A DNA stretch of 52,902 nucleotides from an uncultured Gammaproteobacteria bacterium (GTDB lineage: Bacteria > Patescibacteriota > Patescibacteriia > Magasanikbacterales > UBA922). Location: assembly GCA_964571295.1 (NCBI GenBank), contig CAZNAO010000002.1, positions 8,594 to 61,495 of the forward strand, given 5' to 3'. Shown one piece after another: positions 28,875 through 38,324 of the stretch; the first letter of the stretch is position 1; the number at the start of each line of letters is the position of its first letter. The position numbers and the translations under genes were made by a program. Below the pieces are notes generated by a model, which did no database searches, was not told the origin of the DNA, and saw only the letters and a program-made list of their open reading frames with translations.

Positions 28875-29906
28875 TTATGAAACCGGCTGAAATTCACGAA
28901 GGATCTGCTCAAGCTCTGCAATACTTTCGACTGTCATCAACTTCATACGCAACTCCTTCATACCCTGTATTTTCTCATGAACACGCTCATTTTTGAAATA
29001 CCACGCCAAATGTTTGCGGAAAGTAGTAATCGCCCGAGATTTTACGGTCTCGATATCAACACCCTCTTTTTGATTCTGTTTTCCTTTGACCCGTACCCGT
29101 GACTGGAAGTCGATATGCAATTTTGCATGTTCAATTACGGTGTTAATTCTTTCTTCCCATGACACGCAATAGTCGGGATTCAGATATTCTTTGAAAAACC
29201 ACGGATTACCCAAGGCACCGCGTGCGATCAAGACACCATCTGCACCGGTAATCGCAAGCGCTTCATCGACCTGACGTGGCTGATGAATATCACCATTGGC
29301 AAGCAATGGCACGGTCGCGATATTTTTTGCTTCCCCGATCCGTTTCCAATCAGAAACACCTGAATACCCCTGTTCTTTGGTTCGTCCGTGAATCGTGATC
29401 ATCTCGGCACCGGCTTCTTCGATCGCCGGAATAAAATATCTAAAATCATCAGGACTGCTCCATCCCAATCTGATTTTAATCGAAAGCGGTGTTGCGCCGA
29501 TCGCTCGTTTGATCTCACGAATAATATCTTGCGCAAGTTTCGGATCTTTCATGAGTGCACATCCATTGAAATTGCTCGTGATTTTATACACGGGGCAACC
29601 CATATTAATATCGATTCCTTCTGGACCCGCATGTTCCATGACAATTGCCGCGGCCCGCGCCATCGTGAGCGGGTCTGAACCGAAAATCTGCTGTACAATC
29701 GGGCGTTCAGCAGGAACAAAATCTGTCATGCCGAGTGTTTTTTCATTGTCTCGGACTATTGCTTCGGCAGAAACCATTTCACGAAACACCACATCAGCCC
29801 CTCCGATCGTTCTTACCATTTGACAAAAGGCCGAATCAGTCATGTCGGCCATCGGTGAAAGCGCAAGAATTTTTTTGTTTTTAGCCAGGATATCATTGAT
29901 CCACAT
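28875..29906 (-). CDS. dus: tRNA-dihydrouridine synthase
   Basis: LSPMADMTDSAFC, INMGCP and the IHGRT TIM-barrel Dus signature. Confidence 0.9.
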   Translation of the reverse strand: MWINDILAKNKKILALSPMADMTDSAFCQMVRTIGGADVVFREMVSAEAIVRDNEKTLGMTDFVPAERPIVQQIFGSDPLTMARAAAIVMEHAGPEGIDINMGCPVYKITSNFNGCALMKDPKLAQDIIREIKRAIGATPLSIKIRLGWSSPDDFRYFIPAIEEAGAEMITIHGRTKEQGYSGVSDWKRIGEAKNIATVPLLANGDIHQPRQVDEALAITGADGVLIARGALGNPWFFKEYLNPDYCVSWEERINTVIEHAKLHIDFQSRVRVKGKQNQKEGVDIETVKSRAITTFRKHLAWYFKNERVHEKIQGMKELRMKLMTVESIAELEQILREFQPVS

Positions 29907-29996
29907 ATAGACAATAAGAAATAACGTAGCGGGGCTGGAAAATTTCCAAGCCCCACCACAAAAAAGAACCGTTCGAAGGCGAGAAAATATCTCGTC

Positions 29997-30230
29997 CTAT
30001 CGGCGACCCAATCTCAGCCAGCGTGCACCGGTCCACTCGGGCTTGCCGAAGACCATGACCTCGAGACAGTCGAGTCGTTCGAAGATGTGATCCTTCGCGT
30101 TCTCGACCACAGCCACCATCCCCGCCTTGAAGGCCTCGATCGTCGGCTTGAACTGTGCCAACAGTCGATCATCGAAGTCGAGCCATCCACCGTTCATTTC
30201 TTCCACCAATGAGTTGAACATCTGAAGCAC
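29997..30230 (-). CDS. hypothetical protein (GC-rich islet)
   Basis: 77-aa ORF with protein-like composition in a compositionally atypical segment. No motif recognised. Confidence 0.4.
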   Translation of the reverse strand: MLQMFNSLVEEMNGGWLDFDDRLLAQFKPTIEAFKAGMVAVVENAKDHIFERLDCLEVMVFGKPEWTGARWLRLGRR

Positions 30231-30361
30231 TCCTATACACCAAGACTTATTTCTTGCTTGGCTTATCTGTATCTAAAAATATTTTCACATATAGATAAGC
30301 CGACAGTCCGAGACAAATCCCTGTAGTACAGGTATGTCTCGGACTGCCATCCTCCTTGCCT

Positions 30362-30706
30362 TCACGCACGCACCTTCTCCGGGGCTCGGTATGCCGCGTG
30401 TGCGGCAACCTTGCCCTCCATCTCGAGCTCGATCCTGATCTGATCGACCAAGTCGTCGCCCTCTTTCGGCGTCATCGCGACGATCAACTGTCCGACCGGA
30501 GTGTCGATCGTGACCGAGACATGCTCTTTGAGCGTCTTGAAGGACGCGACGTAGAGCTGCCGGAAGACCGGACTCTGCCACTCCTTCGTGACCGTGATTA
30601 CGTCTTTCGCGGACGAACTCACTTTCATCGAGCCGACGATCTTGCCCGGTCCCCCGAATAATGCGTCGAGCTTCATCTCGATTTCCTGCGCTTTTTCCGG
30701 CTTCAC
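30362..30706 (-). CDS. hypothetical protein (GC-rich islet)
   Basis: 114-aa ORF with balanced composition, preferred over the overlapping Arg-rich 158-aa frame. A 12-bp perfect hairpin follows at 30303-30349. Confidence 0.45.
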   Translation of the reverse strand: MKPEKAQEIEMKLDALFGGPGKIVGSMKVSSSAKDVITVTKEWQSPVFRQLYVASFKTLKEHVSVTIDTPVGQLIVAMTPKEGDDLVDQIRIELEMEGKVAAHAAYRAPEKVRA

Positions 30707-30861
30707 AGCGGTTTCCCCCTTTGCATTGCGCTGTCTCCCTGGTCAATACAGGCATGACCAAAAGATAGACGATCCTACCCTATTCTTGCTTCGCTGTCAA
30801 GGTTACCCGAATTATCCACACGATACCAAAAAATGGCTATAATAACAAGGTATTCCCCTAT

Positions 30862-30889
30862 TTGACAACAACAACACAGCTGATACAAT
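30862..30889 (+). promoter_or_regulatory. sigma70-like promoter with extended -10
   Basis: TTGACA(30862-30867), 16-nt spacer, TGaTACAAT(30881-30889). Confidence 0.5.
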
Positions 30890-30896
30890 TCCCCTA

Positions 30897-31075
30897 TCAT
30901 TTACAATCCAACCATATCCTACTGGAACCGGGGTGGAATTCCCCGACTGTGCCGCAACGGTAAAAGTCCGATCTTGTAGAATATGTGTCCTCCCGAGCAG
31001 GAAACGATACGTCGTATCTTTATGATACCGGCGTATTGTATATACACATTCCTCGGCTCAGGGGAATTTTTTTTA
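30897..31075 (+). promoter_or_regulatory. cobalamin riboswitch-like leader (aptamer plus intrinsic terminator)
   Basis: Core GGAACCGGGGUGGAAUUCCCCGACUGUGCCGCAACGGUAAAAGUCCG (30924-30970) and B12-box-like CUCCCGAGCAGGA (30990-31002). Terminator AUUCCUC/GGGGAAU (31048-31067) plus U8. Shares an exact 16-mer CTGTGCCGCAACGGTA and the 13-mer with the leader at 26958-27105. Confidence 0.7.
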
Positions 31076-31083
31076 TCTCAACT

Positions 31084-31704
31084 ATGCAAAAAAAGCTCCT
31101 ATATTTCCTCATTACTCTTTTTGCCACGGCGACCTTGGTAAGCGGGTATTGGATAGTTGAAGGCCAAAAAATCAAAACGCCTGAAAACGAACCAATTACC
31201 ATTACCGAATCGCAATACGATGATAGGCAAGAGGTTGCAGAAGAGGAACAGGAAATTGAATCCAATACCGAAGACACTGTCAATTATCGGTCCACGACCA
31301 CTCAGACAATCAGTGATCCCAACCATCAGGAAACCAAGCCTCCTGCAGAGGCGACAATCGCCCCCGATGAAGAAACTAATCCTTACGAAATATTTGAAGC
31401 GAAAGTGACGCTCGCGATCGATGGAAAAAATCTTCATATCCCCTATCACGATAGCATGACCGCTGAACGTGCGATGCGGGAAGTTGCACAACGGTATCCT
31501 GAATCATTCCACTATGAAGGAATCGAATATGGCGGGGACCTCGGCACATTCGTGACGGCGATCAACGGTAAGAAAGAAAATCCACAAGAAAAAATGCGCT
31601 GGATCCTGTATCTCAATGGAAGCGCATCAAATAAAGGAATATCAACACTCAAACTTAATCCAGACGATATACTCTCATGGAACTATGAAAAAGAAACTCT
31701 ATAG
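31084..31704 (+). CDS. membrane-anchored DUF4430 domain protein
   Basis: Start at MQKKLLYFLITLF (signal/TM), then an acidic linker. C-terminal GTFVTAINGKKENPQEKMRWILYLNGSASNKGISTLKLNPDDILSW matches the DUF4430 pattern. Confidence 0.75.
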   Translation: MQKKLLYFLITLFATATLVSGYWIVEGQKIKTPENEPITITESQYDDRQEVAEEEQEIESNTEDTVNYRSTTTQTISDPNHQETKPPAEATIAPDEETNPYEIFEAKVTLAIDGKNLHIPYHDSMTAERAMREVAQRYPESFHYEGIEYGGDLGTFVTAINGKKENPQEKMRWILYLNGSASNKGISTLKLNPDDILSWNYEKETL

Positions 31705-34348
31705 CCTGCTCGTAATCATATCACTTCTTTTCTCAAATATCGGATTTGTATACGCAACAGAAGAATCTATCGAAGAAACAATTGTCGAAACTACAGAACA
31801 AATTCCGCAAGAGAATACTCCAGACGAAACCGTAGAATCACCAACTTCAACTTCTGATGCAATACCTGAAAATCTGCCTACGCGTACGGCGAAACTCAGA
31901 ATCGAAACATCTGAAGGGGTCTTGTTTGAAGATTCCGTTACCTTTAGTGCATGCAAACCATATGAGACGTCTGAAGAATATACACTCAACGCGAAATGCC
32001 TCATTGAGCAAACGGACGGACTGGACGTAGTTTGGGCTCCGGGTGATGACGCATGGCTTGATCGAATAAACCAATACGGCACAAACTTTTCAACAGGCTT
32101 ATACTGGACATACTTTGTAAATCTCGAATATGGGTCAGTTGCACTGAATCGTTTACCAGTACATGAAGGAGATGAAGTGTTGCTTGCGTACGGGATAAAC
32201 CCGCTTAAGATAGAAATGGACACTCTTTCACCCACCCTTTACACGACAACGACAGTGCGTGTATATGAATTTGGTTTTGATGAATTCTGGGCTCCGGTAT
32301 GGCTTCCTTCAAACAGCAGTACTCTATTGCTCGACGGTGATTCGGTTGCCGTCTCTCAAAATGGAGAAGTAGCTCTTGCATTTGATGCACTCGATATACA
32401 AACGCTTCGGGCGGTTAAAGCGGGATTTGCCCAAAGCAACACTATTGACGTGCATTCGGTATTACCGACAACCCGAGCGGAGTTATATGCAGTTGCACAC
32501 GGACAAACTCTGTTCCATGACACGGTAGAAGTCAGTGCATGCAGACCCGACGAAGCACAAATTGAGAGATACACTCTCAACGCAAAATGCCTCATTGATC
32601 AGTCCCTCCTCGCTGTGTCTTGGAATTATTACGGAGGACCTGGCGCATTTCTGGATTCAATAAATGACTATACAACTGATTGGAACAACAACTATTGGTG
32701 GGTATACATGATAAATTTGCAGCCAGAAGAAACGCTTGCACTCAATCAATACCAATTACGTGAAGGAGATGAAATATTGATCTACTACAATGCACTTCCA
32801 TTGGATATTGCATTTTCAACTACCACTCCGGTTGTAGGTACTACGTCATCTATTTCAGTTTTAGAATTTTCATACCCTCAGTGGATATCTACTACGAATA
32901 CTATCCTTACTATTAATGGCGAAATTCATGAACTTGGTGAATCGTCGCAGTATGAATTGAATATCACGACCACCACACCCTATCTGATTCGTGCGGAAAA
33001 AGAAGGATACATCACGATTGAAAAAACCTTGGTAGCAACCACGACCCAATCTACCGGTGAATCAACTGGAAACAATGAAGGAACAGGAAACAGTGGCGGC
33101 TCATCAGGGGAAAGTACCACCAATCCTGTACAGCGCATGATCCAATTCCTCGACAGCACACAAAATGCCGATGGATCATTCGGTTCAACTCCATTCTTGA
33201 GTGACTGGGCTGCACTTGCCTATGGTTCATGGACCGGTTCTTCACAGGGACTAAGTCTGCTCAAAAATTACCTTGCGACTGATCCTAATCCGCTTGACGG
33301 ACCGAACACGACGGCAAATTATGCACGGCGTGCAATGGCACTCATGGCAGTCGGTGTGAACCCGTATTCCGGGACCGCAACCAATTACATTGAAAAAATA
33401 ATTGCAGAATTTGATGGAAAACAATTCGGAGATACAGGACTGATAAATGACGATATCTTTGCACTGGTTCCACTTCTCAAAGCAGGATACCAACATGATG
33501 CGCTTGTCGCTTCCACAACTACATTCATCGTTGAGCATCAGGAAGCGAACGGATCATTTGGCTCGGTTGACCTCACGGCAGCTGCAATCCAGGCACTCTC
33601 CCCGCTCTCGTCGATTACCGGAGTCTCCGATGCGCTGGTGCGAGCAAAAGCATATCTCAAGAGCGCAGAGCGGACTGACGGCGGATTTGGTGATGTATAC
33701 GCGACTGGATGGGCACTCCAGGCAATCAGCGCCCTGGGTGATACATCTGCCGAATGGCTATTGAATGGTAATTCACCTGTCTCATATATCACCCAAAAGC
33801 AGGCTGCCGATGGTGGGTTACTCGTCGAAGACAGTACCACCAACCGTATCTGGTCTACTTCATACGCAATCCCCGGCCTGCTTGGCAAATCATGGAATAC
33901 GATCCTTGCCTCATTTGAAAAACCCGGAACCACACATGGAACCGGTGAATCAAGCACTACAACAACTCCGGAAATCGTCACTTCGACACCAGTACTTGGA
34001 GATACAGCCTCCTCTACCCCGACATCAACGATTGACGTAATTATTGAAGAAACAGATGCATCTTCGACTGTGATTAGCTCTCGGCCGCTTGCATCAGTAT
34101 CCGAGCGAACTATAGCCCTTACACCTACAATCGTCCGAGGAGAACGAATTACCGAAAACGAGGAGATTACGACTGAATCCGAAGACACGATAACTCCTAC
34201 ATCTTCAGCAGAAATAGTACTTGGAGAGACGACCGCTACTCCCGACTCACCACCTTCTCTGGCAAAATATATATTTTGGGGTTCGAGTGCCGCACTGTTG
34301 CTTGTACTTGGTTACACCTGGTCTACCCGACCCACTTCAAAAAAATAA
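31685..34348 (+). CDS. large surface protein: 2x DUF4430-like domains, Ig-like spacers, alpha/alpha-toroid (prenyltransferase/transcobalamin alpha-like) domain, C-terminal TM anchor
   Basis: Signal peptide MKKKLYSLLVIISLLFSNIGFVYA. Two paralogous ~110-aa blocks (YTLNAKCLIEQ.../YTLNAKCLIDQ...). Repeated QNADGSFG / ANGSFG / TDGGFG / ADGGL motifs typical of alpha/alpha toroids. C-terminal hydrophobic helix plus a basic tail (TRPTSKK). Confidence 0.8.
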   Translation: MKKKLYSLLVIISLLFSNIGFVYATEESIEETIVETTEQIPQENTPDETVESPTSTSDAIPENLPTRTAKLRIETSEGVLFEDSVTFSACKPYETSEEYTLNAKCLIEQTDGLDVVWAPGDDAWLDRINQYGTNFSTGLYWTYFVNLEYGSVALNRLPVHEGDEVLLAYGINPLKIEMDTLSPTLYTTTTVRVYEFGFDEFWAPVWLPSNSSTLLLDGDSVAVSQNGEVALAFDALDIQTLRAVKAGFAQSNTIDVHSVLPTTRAELYAVAHGQTLFHDTVEVSACRPDEAQIERYTLNAKCLIDQSLLAVSWNYYGGPGAFLDSINDYTTDWNNNYWWVYMINLQPEETLALNQYQLREGDEILIYYNALPLDIAFSTTTPVVGTTSSISVLEFSYPQWISTTNTILTINGEIHELGESSQYELNITTTTPYLIRAEKEGYITIEKTLVATTTQSTGESTGNNEGTGNSGGSSGESTTNPVQRMIQFLDSTQNADGSFGSTPFLSDWAALAYGSWTGSSQGLSLLKNYLATDPNPLDGPNTTANYARRAMALMAVGVNPYSGTATNYIEKIIAEFDGKQFGDTGLINDDIFALVPLLKAGYQHDALVASTTTFIVEHQEANGSFGSVDLTAAAIQALSPLSSITGVSDALVRAKAYLKSAERTDGGFGDVYATGWALQAISALGDTSAEWLLNGNSPVSYITQKQAADGGLLVEDSTTNRIWSTSYAIPGLLGKSWNTILASFEKPGTTHGTGESSTTTTPEIVTSTPVLGDTASSTPTSTIDVIIEETDASSTVISSRPLASVSERTIALTPTIVRGERITENEEITTESEDTITPTSSAEIVLGETTATPDSPPSLAKYIFWGSSAALLLVLGYTWSTRPTSKK

Positions 34349-34386
34349 TATAATATCGTATACTTACTCCCGTCGAACTATAACCC

Positions 34387-34929
34387 ATGCTTATGAAAAA
34401 ATATCTGAGTATCGTACTGGCTCTTGCTGGATATGGCATCATTGCCCGTCTCATGCCGCATTCTCCTAATTTTGTACCTATTACAGCGCTTGCACTCGTC
34501 GGCGGCCTCTATCTCCCGCGACAGTGGGCATATGTGGTTCCGATTGCCGCAATGTTCGTGAGCGATCTCATTATCGGTTTCTATCACCCACTCATCATGC
34601 TCTCAGTCTATGCATGTCTCATTCTTGCCACATATCTCGGGAGCAAGGCACGAAGACACAAGCGTTTCACCCTGATCGCAAGTATTACTCTTGCAAGCTC
34701 GATCGCGTTTTATCTTGCTACCAATGCGATGGTATGGGCATTCGGCACGCTGTATCCAAAGACTATAAGCGGACTTATGGAAAGCTATTATCTGGCTCTT
34801 CCTTTCTTCCGCAATAGCCTCCTCAGTGATTTCTTCTACACCGGAGTGTTGGTGGGAGGTATTGAGCTCATGCGATTCGCGATTCGCACCAAAAACACCA
34901 CACCTGCCGCTGACAAACCTATTGTATAA
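34387..34929 (+). CDS. small polytopic membrane protein, possible vitamin-transporter (ECF S-component-like) subunit
   Basis: 180 aa, about 5-6 TM helices, N-terminal HSPNFVPITALAL motif. It is the last gene of the riboswitch-controlled operon, before the terminator. Confidence 0.6.
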   Translation: MLMKKYLSIVLALAGYGIIARLMPHSPNFVPITALALVGGLYLPRQWAYVVPIAAMFVSDLIIGFYHPLIMLSVYACLILATYLGSKARRHKRFTLIASITLASSIAFYLATNAMVWAFGTLYPKTISGLMESYYLALPFFRNSLLSDFFYTGVLVGGIELMRFAIRTKNTTPAADKPIV

Positions 34930-34942
34930 TATTACCCCATTC

Positions 34943-34972
34943 AAAAACACCCTGATGATCAGGGTGTTTTTG
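34943..34972 (+). terminator. intrinsic terminator ending the riboswitch-controlled operon
   Basis: ACACCCTGA/TCAGGGTGT stem followed by TTTTT. Confidence 0.7.
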
Positions 34973-35108
34973 ATAAACAGTAAAATTTGACACACTTGCC
35001 AATTATTTCTCTTCCTGATATACTCTCTGATTATAAATTTACTCATTGACCAACGAGCAAGCGACTGCAGACCCTTGCGATTTGTTCTTTGTTATCTTTT
35101 TCTATCCT

Positions 35109-35795
35109 ATGGACACACCCAAGAAAAAAATAGCGGTATTTGATATCGATGGTACTATTTTCCGTTCCAACCTTCATTTTGAGCTTTTCAAAGGACTGGT
35201 GGAGTATGGAATATTCCCCTCGATCGTGCTCAAAGAAATCGAGGAATATCATGACGACTGGATCAACCGCCGTGGACATTACCGGGATTTCGAAAAATCG
35301 CTTATTGTCTCCTATCAAAACCGCCTGAAAGGAAAAGTGGTTGAAGATATTGAAAAAGTCAGCAGGATCGTCGTTCGGGAAAAAATGGAACATGTCTATG
35401 TCTACACACGTGATATGATCGAGAGATTAAGGCACGATCATATCCTTCTTGCTATTTCAGGCTCTCCTCACGAAATTGTCACAGCGTTCACCGAATACTG
35501 GAAGTTTGACCGTGCATATGGCACCGTATATGCATCTGAAAACGGCATTTTTACAAGTGACATCATTTTCCCTTCATACGAAATCAAAGATCAAACTCTT
35601 AAAAACTTTTGTATTGAATCAGGTCTATCACTCGAAGGATCGGTCGGTATCGGTGATACGAGCGGAGACGTTCTATTCCTCGACCTCGTCGAACATCCGA
35701 TCGTATTCAACCCAAGCAGAGAACTGTTTTCCGTAGCACAAGAAAAGAAATGGAAAACTGTTGTCGAACGAAAAGATGTGATTTACGAAATATAG
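35109..35795 (+). CDS. HAD-IB family hydrolase (phosphoserine phosphatase-like)
   Basis: DIDGTIF motif I, SGSP motif II, GDTSGD motif IV. Confidence 0.85.
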   Translation: MDTPKKKIAVFDIDGTIFRSNLHFELFKGLVEYGIFPSIVLKEIEEYHDDWINRRGHYRDFEKSLIVSYQNRLKGKVVEDIEKVSRIVVREKMEHVYVYTRDMIERLRHDHILLAISGSPHEIVTAFTEYWKFDRAYGTVYASENGIFTSDIIFPSYEIKDQTLKNFCIESGLSLEGSVGIGDTSGDVLFLDLVEHPIVFNPSRELFSVAQEKKWKTVVERKDVIYEI

Positions 35796-35820
35796 TCACT
35801 GGTCGAAAGTCCACAAATTT

Positions 35821-35853
35821 AAAAACATCCTGATGTGCAGTCAGGATGTTTTT
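35821..35853. terminator. bidirectional intrinsic terminator
   Basis: ACATCCTGA/TCAGGATGT stem flanked by A5 and T5, between convergent genes. Confidence 0.65.
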
Positions 35854-35858
35854 GTATA

Positions 35859-36395
35859 TTACGAACCAGATTCTTGGTCACTTGTTTTTGTCCTCTTCTC
35901 AAACTTTACACCGTTAGGATGTTTCATCTCCCTATTTTTTTGTTGGTGATTTTTCATAAACTCGATCCGTTCGTTTGCCTGAGTCTGTGTGATTACGCCC
36001 TTGTCAACCAATGCCTGAATCCGTTCTTTCATCTTTTCCTCTACACGAGCCTGCATTTTTTCCCTTATCGCCGCAAGGTCAATTCCCTTTTCTTCAAGAA
36101 GTGTCTCCAGCCTTTTTCCCTCTGCCCACGCAGCTTTGATTTCGTCAACCGGTATTCCGGTCAATTCTGCCTGCTCCACAAATAGCGTTGATTGTTTTTG
36201 CGCAAATTCCTCAGGAGTTCCGAGGTTTCCCCTCATAAAACCACCACCATGACCCCCTCCCATCATAAACATTCCTCGAGTTGCAGGCACCATGTCAGAC
36301 ACGTTCTCAGTTGAATTTTGGGCGGAGACCACGCTTGCACCCAAAACCGTCAGGGCAAGAGCCGGAACTATTCCATAAATAATTGTTTTTTTCAT
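35859..36395 (-). CDS. secreted helical protein (DUF2680-like)
   Basis: Signal peptide MKKTIIYGIVPALALTVLGASVVSA. Last gene of the ECF sigma operon. Confidence 0.5.
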   Translation of the reverse strand: MKKTIIYGIVPALALTVLGASVVSAQNSTENVSDMVPATRGMFMMGGGHGGGFMRGNLGTPEEFAQKQSTLFVEQAELTGIPVDEIKAAWAEGKRLETLLEEKGIDLAAIREKMQARVEEKMKERIQALVDKGVITQTQANERIEFMKNHQQKNREMKHPNGVKFEKRTKTSDQESGS

Positions 36396-36472
36396 AAAAA
36401 TGAAATTAGTATTTAATGTGCGATGTATTTCCCGGGCTACATTACTAGTACACACACAACCAATCCTTTATT

Positions 36473-37168
36473 TCATTCCGGAATTTGGCGCACACCAAAT
36501 GCTTCTATCGTCCTGCCTGATTTAGGACCAACAACCATCACCCGATCCCCCACTTCAAGCTTTCGATGTGTCATGAGACGGGTTCCTGGTCCTATCGAGA
36601 CAATAATTACTTCCCGTCTCGGATTTTCCATATCGAATCCTTTCTGTGTAAAGAAAATAATTTTTCCTACTTCGGCGTTGCGCCATACTGGTTCCCGTAT
36701 ATCCCGATACAGATTTTCTACCACTGGAATATGCACATATTCCACACGGCGCATGATAACAAAATGAAGCGGCGTCCGAGTGAGTATCCAGGCGGTCGCG
36801 AGTACAATCACCACAACCCCGAATGCGGAATACAGAAGCGGACGACGGTAAGCAAATGAATATTTCCGCACAAGGAGTTCAAGCACGATCAGAAATATAC
36901 CGACCAGGATAATCAATATCCAGGGCAATGACTGAAAAAATACGAACAGTCCCCGAAGTCCAAGACCTGGAGCGAATATGATACCGGTTTCTCGGAGTCC
37001 GAACATAATCAAACTCATCAAATAGATCAACACCAGAGAGAGAATGGTGAATCCGAGAACCGCCAACATGGTTTTGAGGACAAAATGCCACCGAGGACGC
37101 ATCACAATTTCACCCTGCCTGATTGCCGAGAGAATTTTGTCTTGTAATTTTTGGTTTTGTTCGTTCAT
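36473..37168 (-). CDS. polytopic membrane protein, putative anti-sigma/partner of the ECF sigma
   Basis: Start overlaps the sigma gene stop (ATGA coupling). 4-5 TM helices. Confidence 0.55.
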   Translation of the reverse strand: MNEQNQKLQDKILSAIRQGEIVMRPRWHFVLKTMLAVLGFTILSLVLIYLMSLIMFGLRETGIIFAPGLGLRGLFVFFQSLPWILIILVGIFLIVLELLVRKYSFAYRRPLLYSAFGVVVIVLATAWILTRTPLHFVIMRRVEYVHIPVVENLYRDIREPVWRNAEVGKIIFFTQKGFDMENPRREVIIVSIGPGTRLMTHRKLEVGDRVMVVGPKSGRTIEAFGVRQIPE

Positions 37169-37728
37169 ATACTTGATTCAAGTTTGCAGTTTTTTTTGAG
37201 TTGCGCTTTTGCTCGCGCAATACGGACTCCCACGGTAGATATCGGTATCGAAAGAATATCCGCGATTTCTTTGTATTCCAGCTCTTCCAGATAACATAAT
37301 ATCAGAACTTCACGGTACTTAGGAGCAAGCTCCTTCAATCTATCTACAATTTTTCCGATATTTTCTTTCGTATCAAGCGCTTCTTCAAGAGAATTTTCCG
37401 CGGATATAGGCAATTTGACCAGTGTATCGAAGTCAAAAAATGACACAGGCTCTCGTCCGTTTTTCTTGATTACGTTGATAAACGTATTGTGCGCAATCCG
37501 ATATATCCAGGTCGAAAATTTTCTATTGGTATTAAAACTCTTGATGTTTTTATACGTCTTGATAAATACCTCCTGCACCGCGTCTTCCAAGTCTTCATAT
37601 GAATACAAAAATCGCTGACCGTACCGCAGCATTTTTTGTTCATATCGTTGAAATAGGATGGTAAACGCCTCTTGTTTGCCGCTCTGCACTTCCCGGGCAA
37701 GCTCCTCATCGCTTAGGATTATTTCCAT
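37165..37728 (-). CDS. ECF-type RNA polymerase sigma factor
   Basis: Region 2 (FSTWIYRIAHNTFIN) and region 4 (LSIPISTVGVRIARAK) signatures. Confidence 0.9.
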   Translation of the reverse strand: MEIILSDEELAREVQSGKQEAFTILFQRYEQKMLRYGQRFLYSYEDLEDAVQEVFIKTYKNIKSFNTNRKFSTWIYRIAHNTFINVIKKNGREPVSFFDFDTLVKLPISAENSLEEALDTKENIGKIVDRLKELAPKYREVLILCYLEELEYKEIADILSIPISTVGVRIARAKAQLKKNCKLESSI

Positions 37729-38324
37729 ATACGCAATCTGACACCCAATATATATTTATCTCTAATACACCTATCTTATGGGTTTTATTTCAAAAGCCGG
37801 ATACCCGCCCGGCTCTTGTCTGTATTCAAAACTTTTTATTTTCCCTGCCTGCCTTTACAGCTCTTCAAAATAAACCACTTCTTTTTCCCCATAGTGATAA
37901 TATCTCGACATAAAACTGGTCTCTGAGCAGGCCAGTTTTATGTTACAATATAAGCACTAGTCGCCATTTTTTTCGTCTTCATCTTTTTGGTCTTCTTCAC
38001 CCATTTTTTTGCCGATATCAAAATGGTTCGGTTTTTGCTCATCATCGTTGTTGTGGTACATATAATTTACACGTTACACTAAATTCTCTTTGATTCTCGA
38101 GCATCGAAGAAAATTAGCATGAATAAAGACTCCTATTTTTACTATAAACCCCCCATTACTATAAGTCAACAGAGTATCTTATTCTCTTGACAATTACTTT
38201 TATGTATGATATATTTTGCTGTTTATTTTGGGCTACACCAAACGTACTTTCATAAGCACGTTTCATGAAGCCACAAAAGAGGGGTGGTCTTTCACACCTT
38301 ACACAATCCACCAAGGAGCAGGTC

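Noticed and set aside
30285-30761. 158-aa ORF overlapping the 114-aa ORF in the GC-rich islet
   Set aside because: It is an alternative frame of the same DNA and is extremely Arg/Gly/Asp-rich. The 114-aa frame has normal composition and is preferred.
31699-34188. 178-aa and 216-aa minus-strand ORFs inside the 887-aa surface protein gene
   Set aside because: These are Ser/Val-rich antisense shadows of a Thr/Ser-rich coding region. The plus-strand gene has a signal peptide, domain repeats and operon context.
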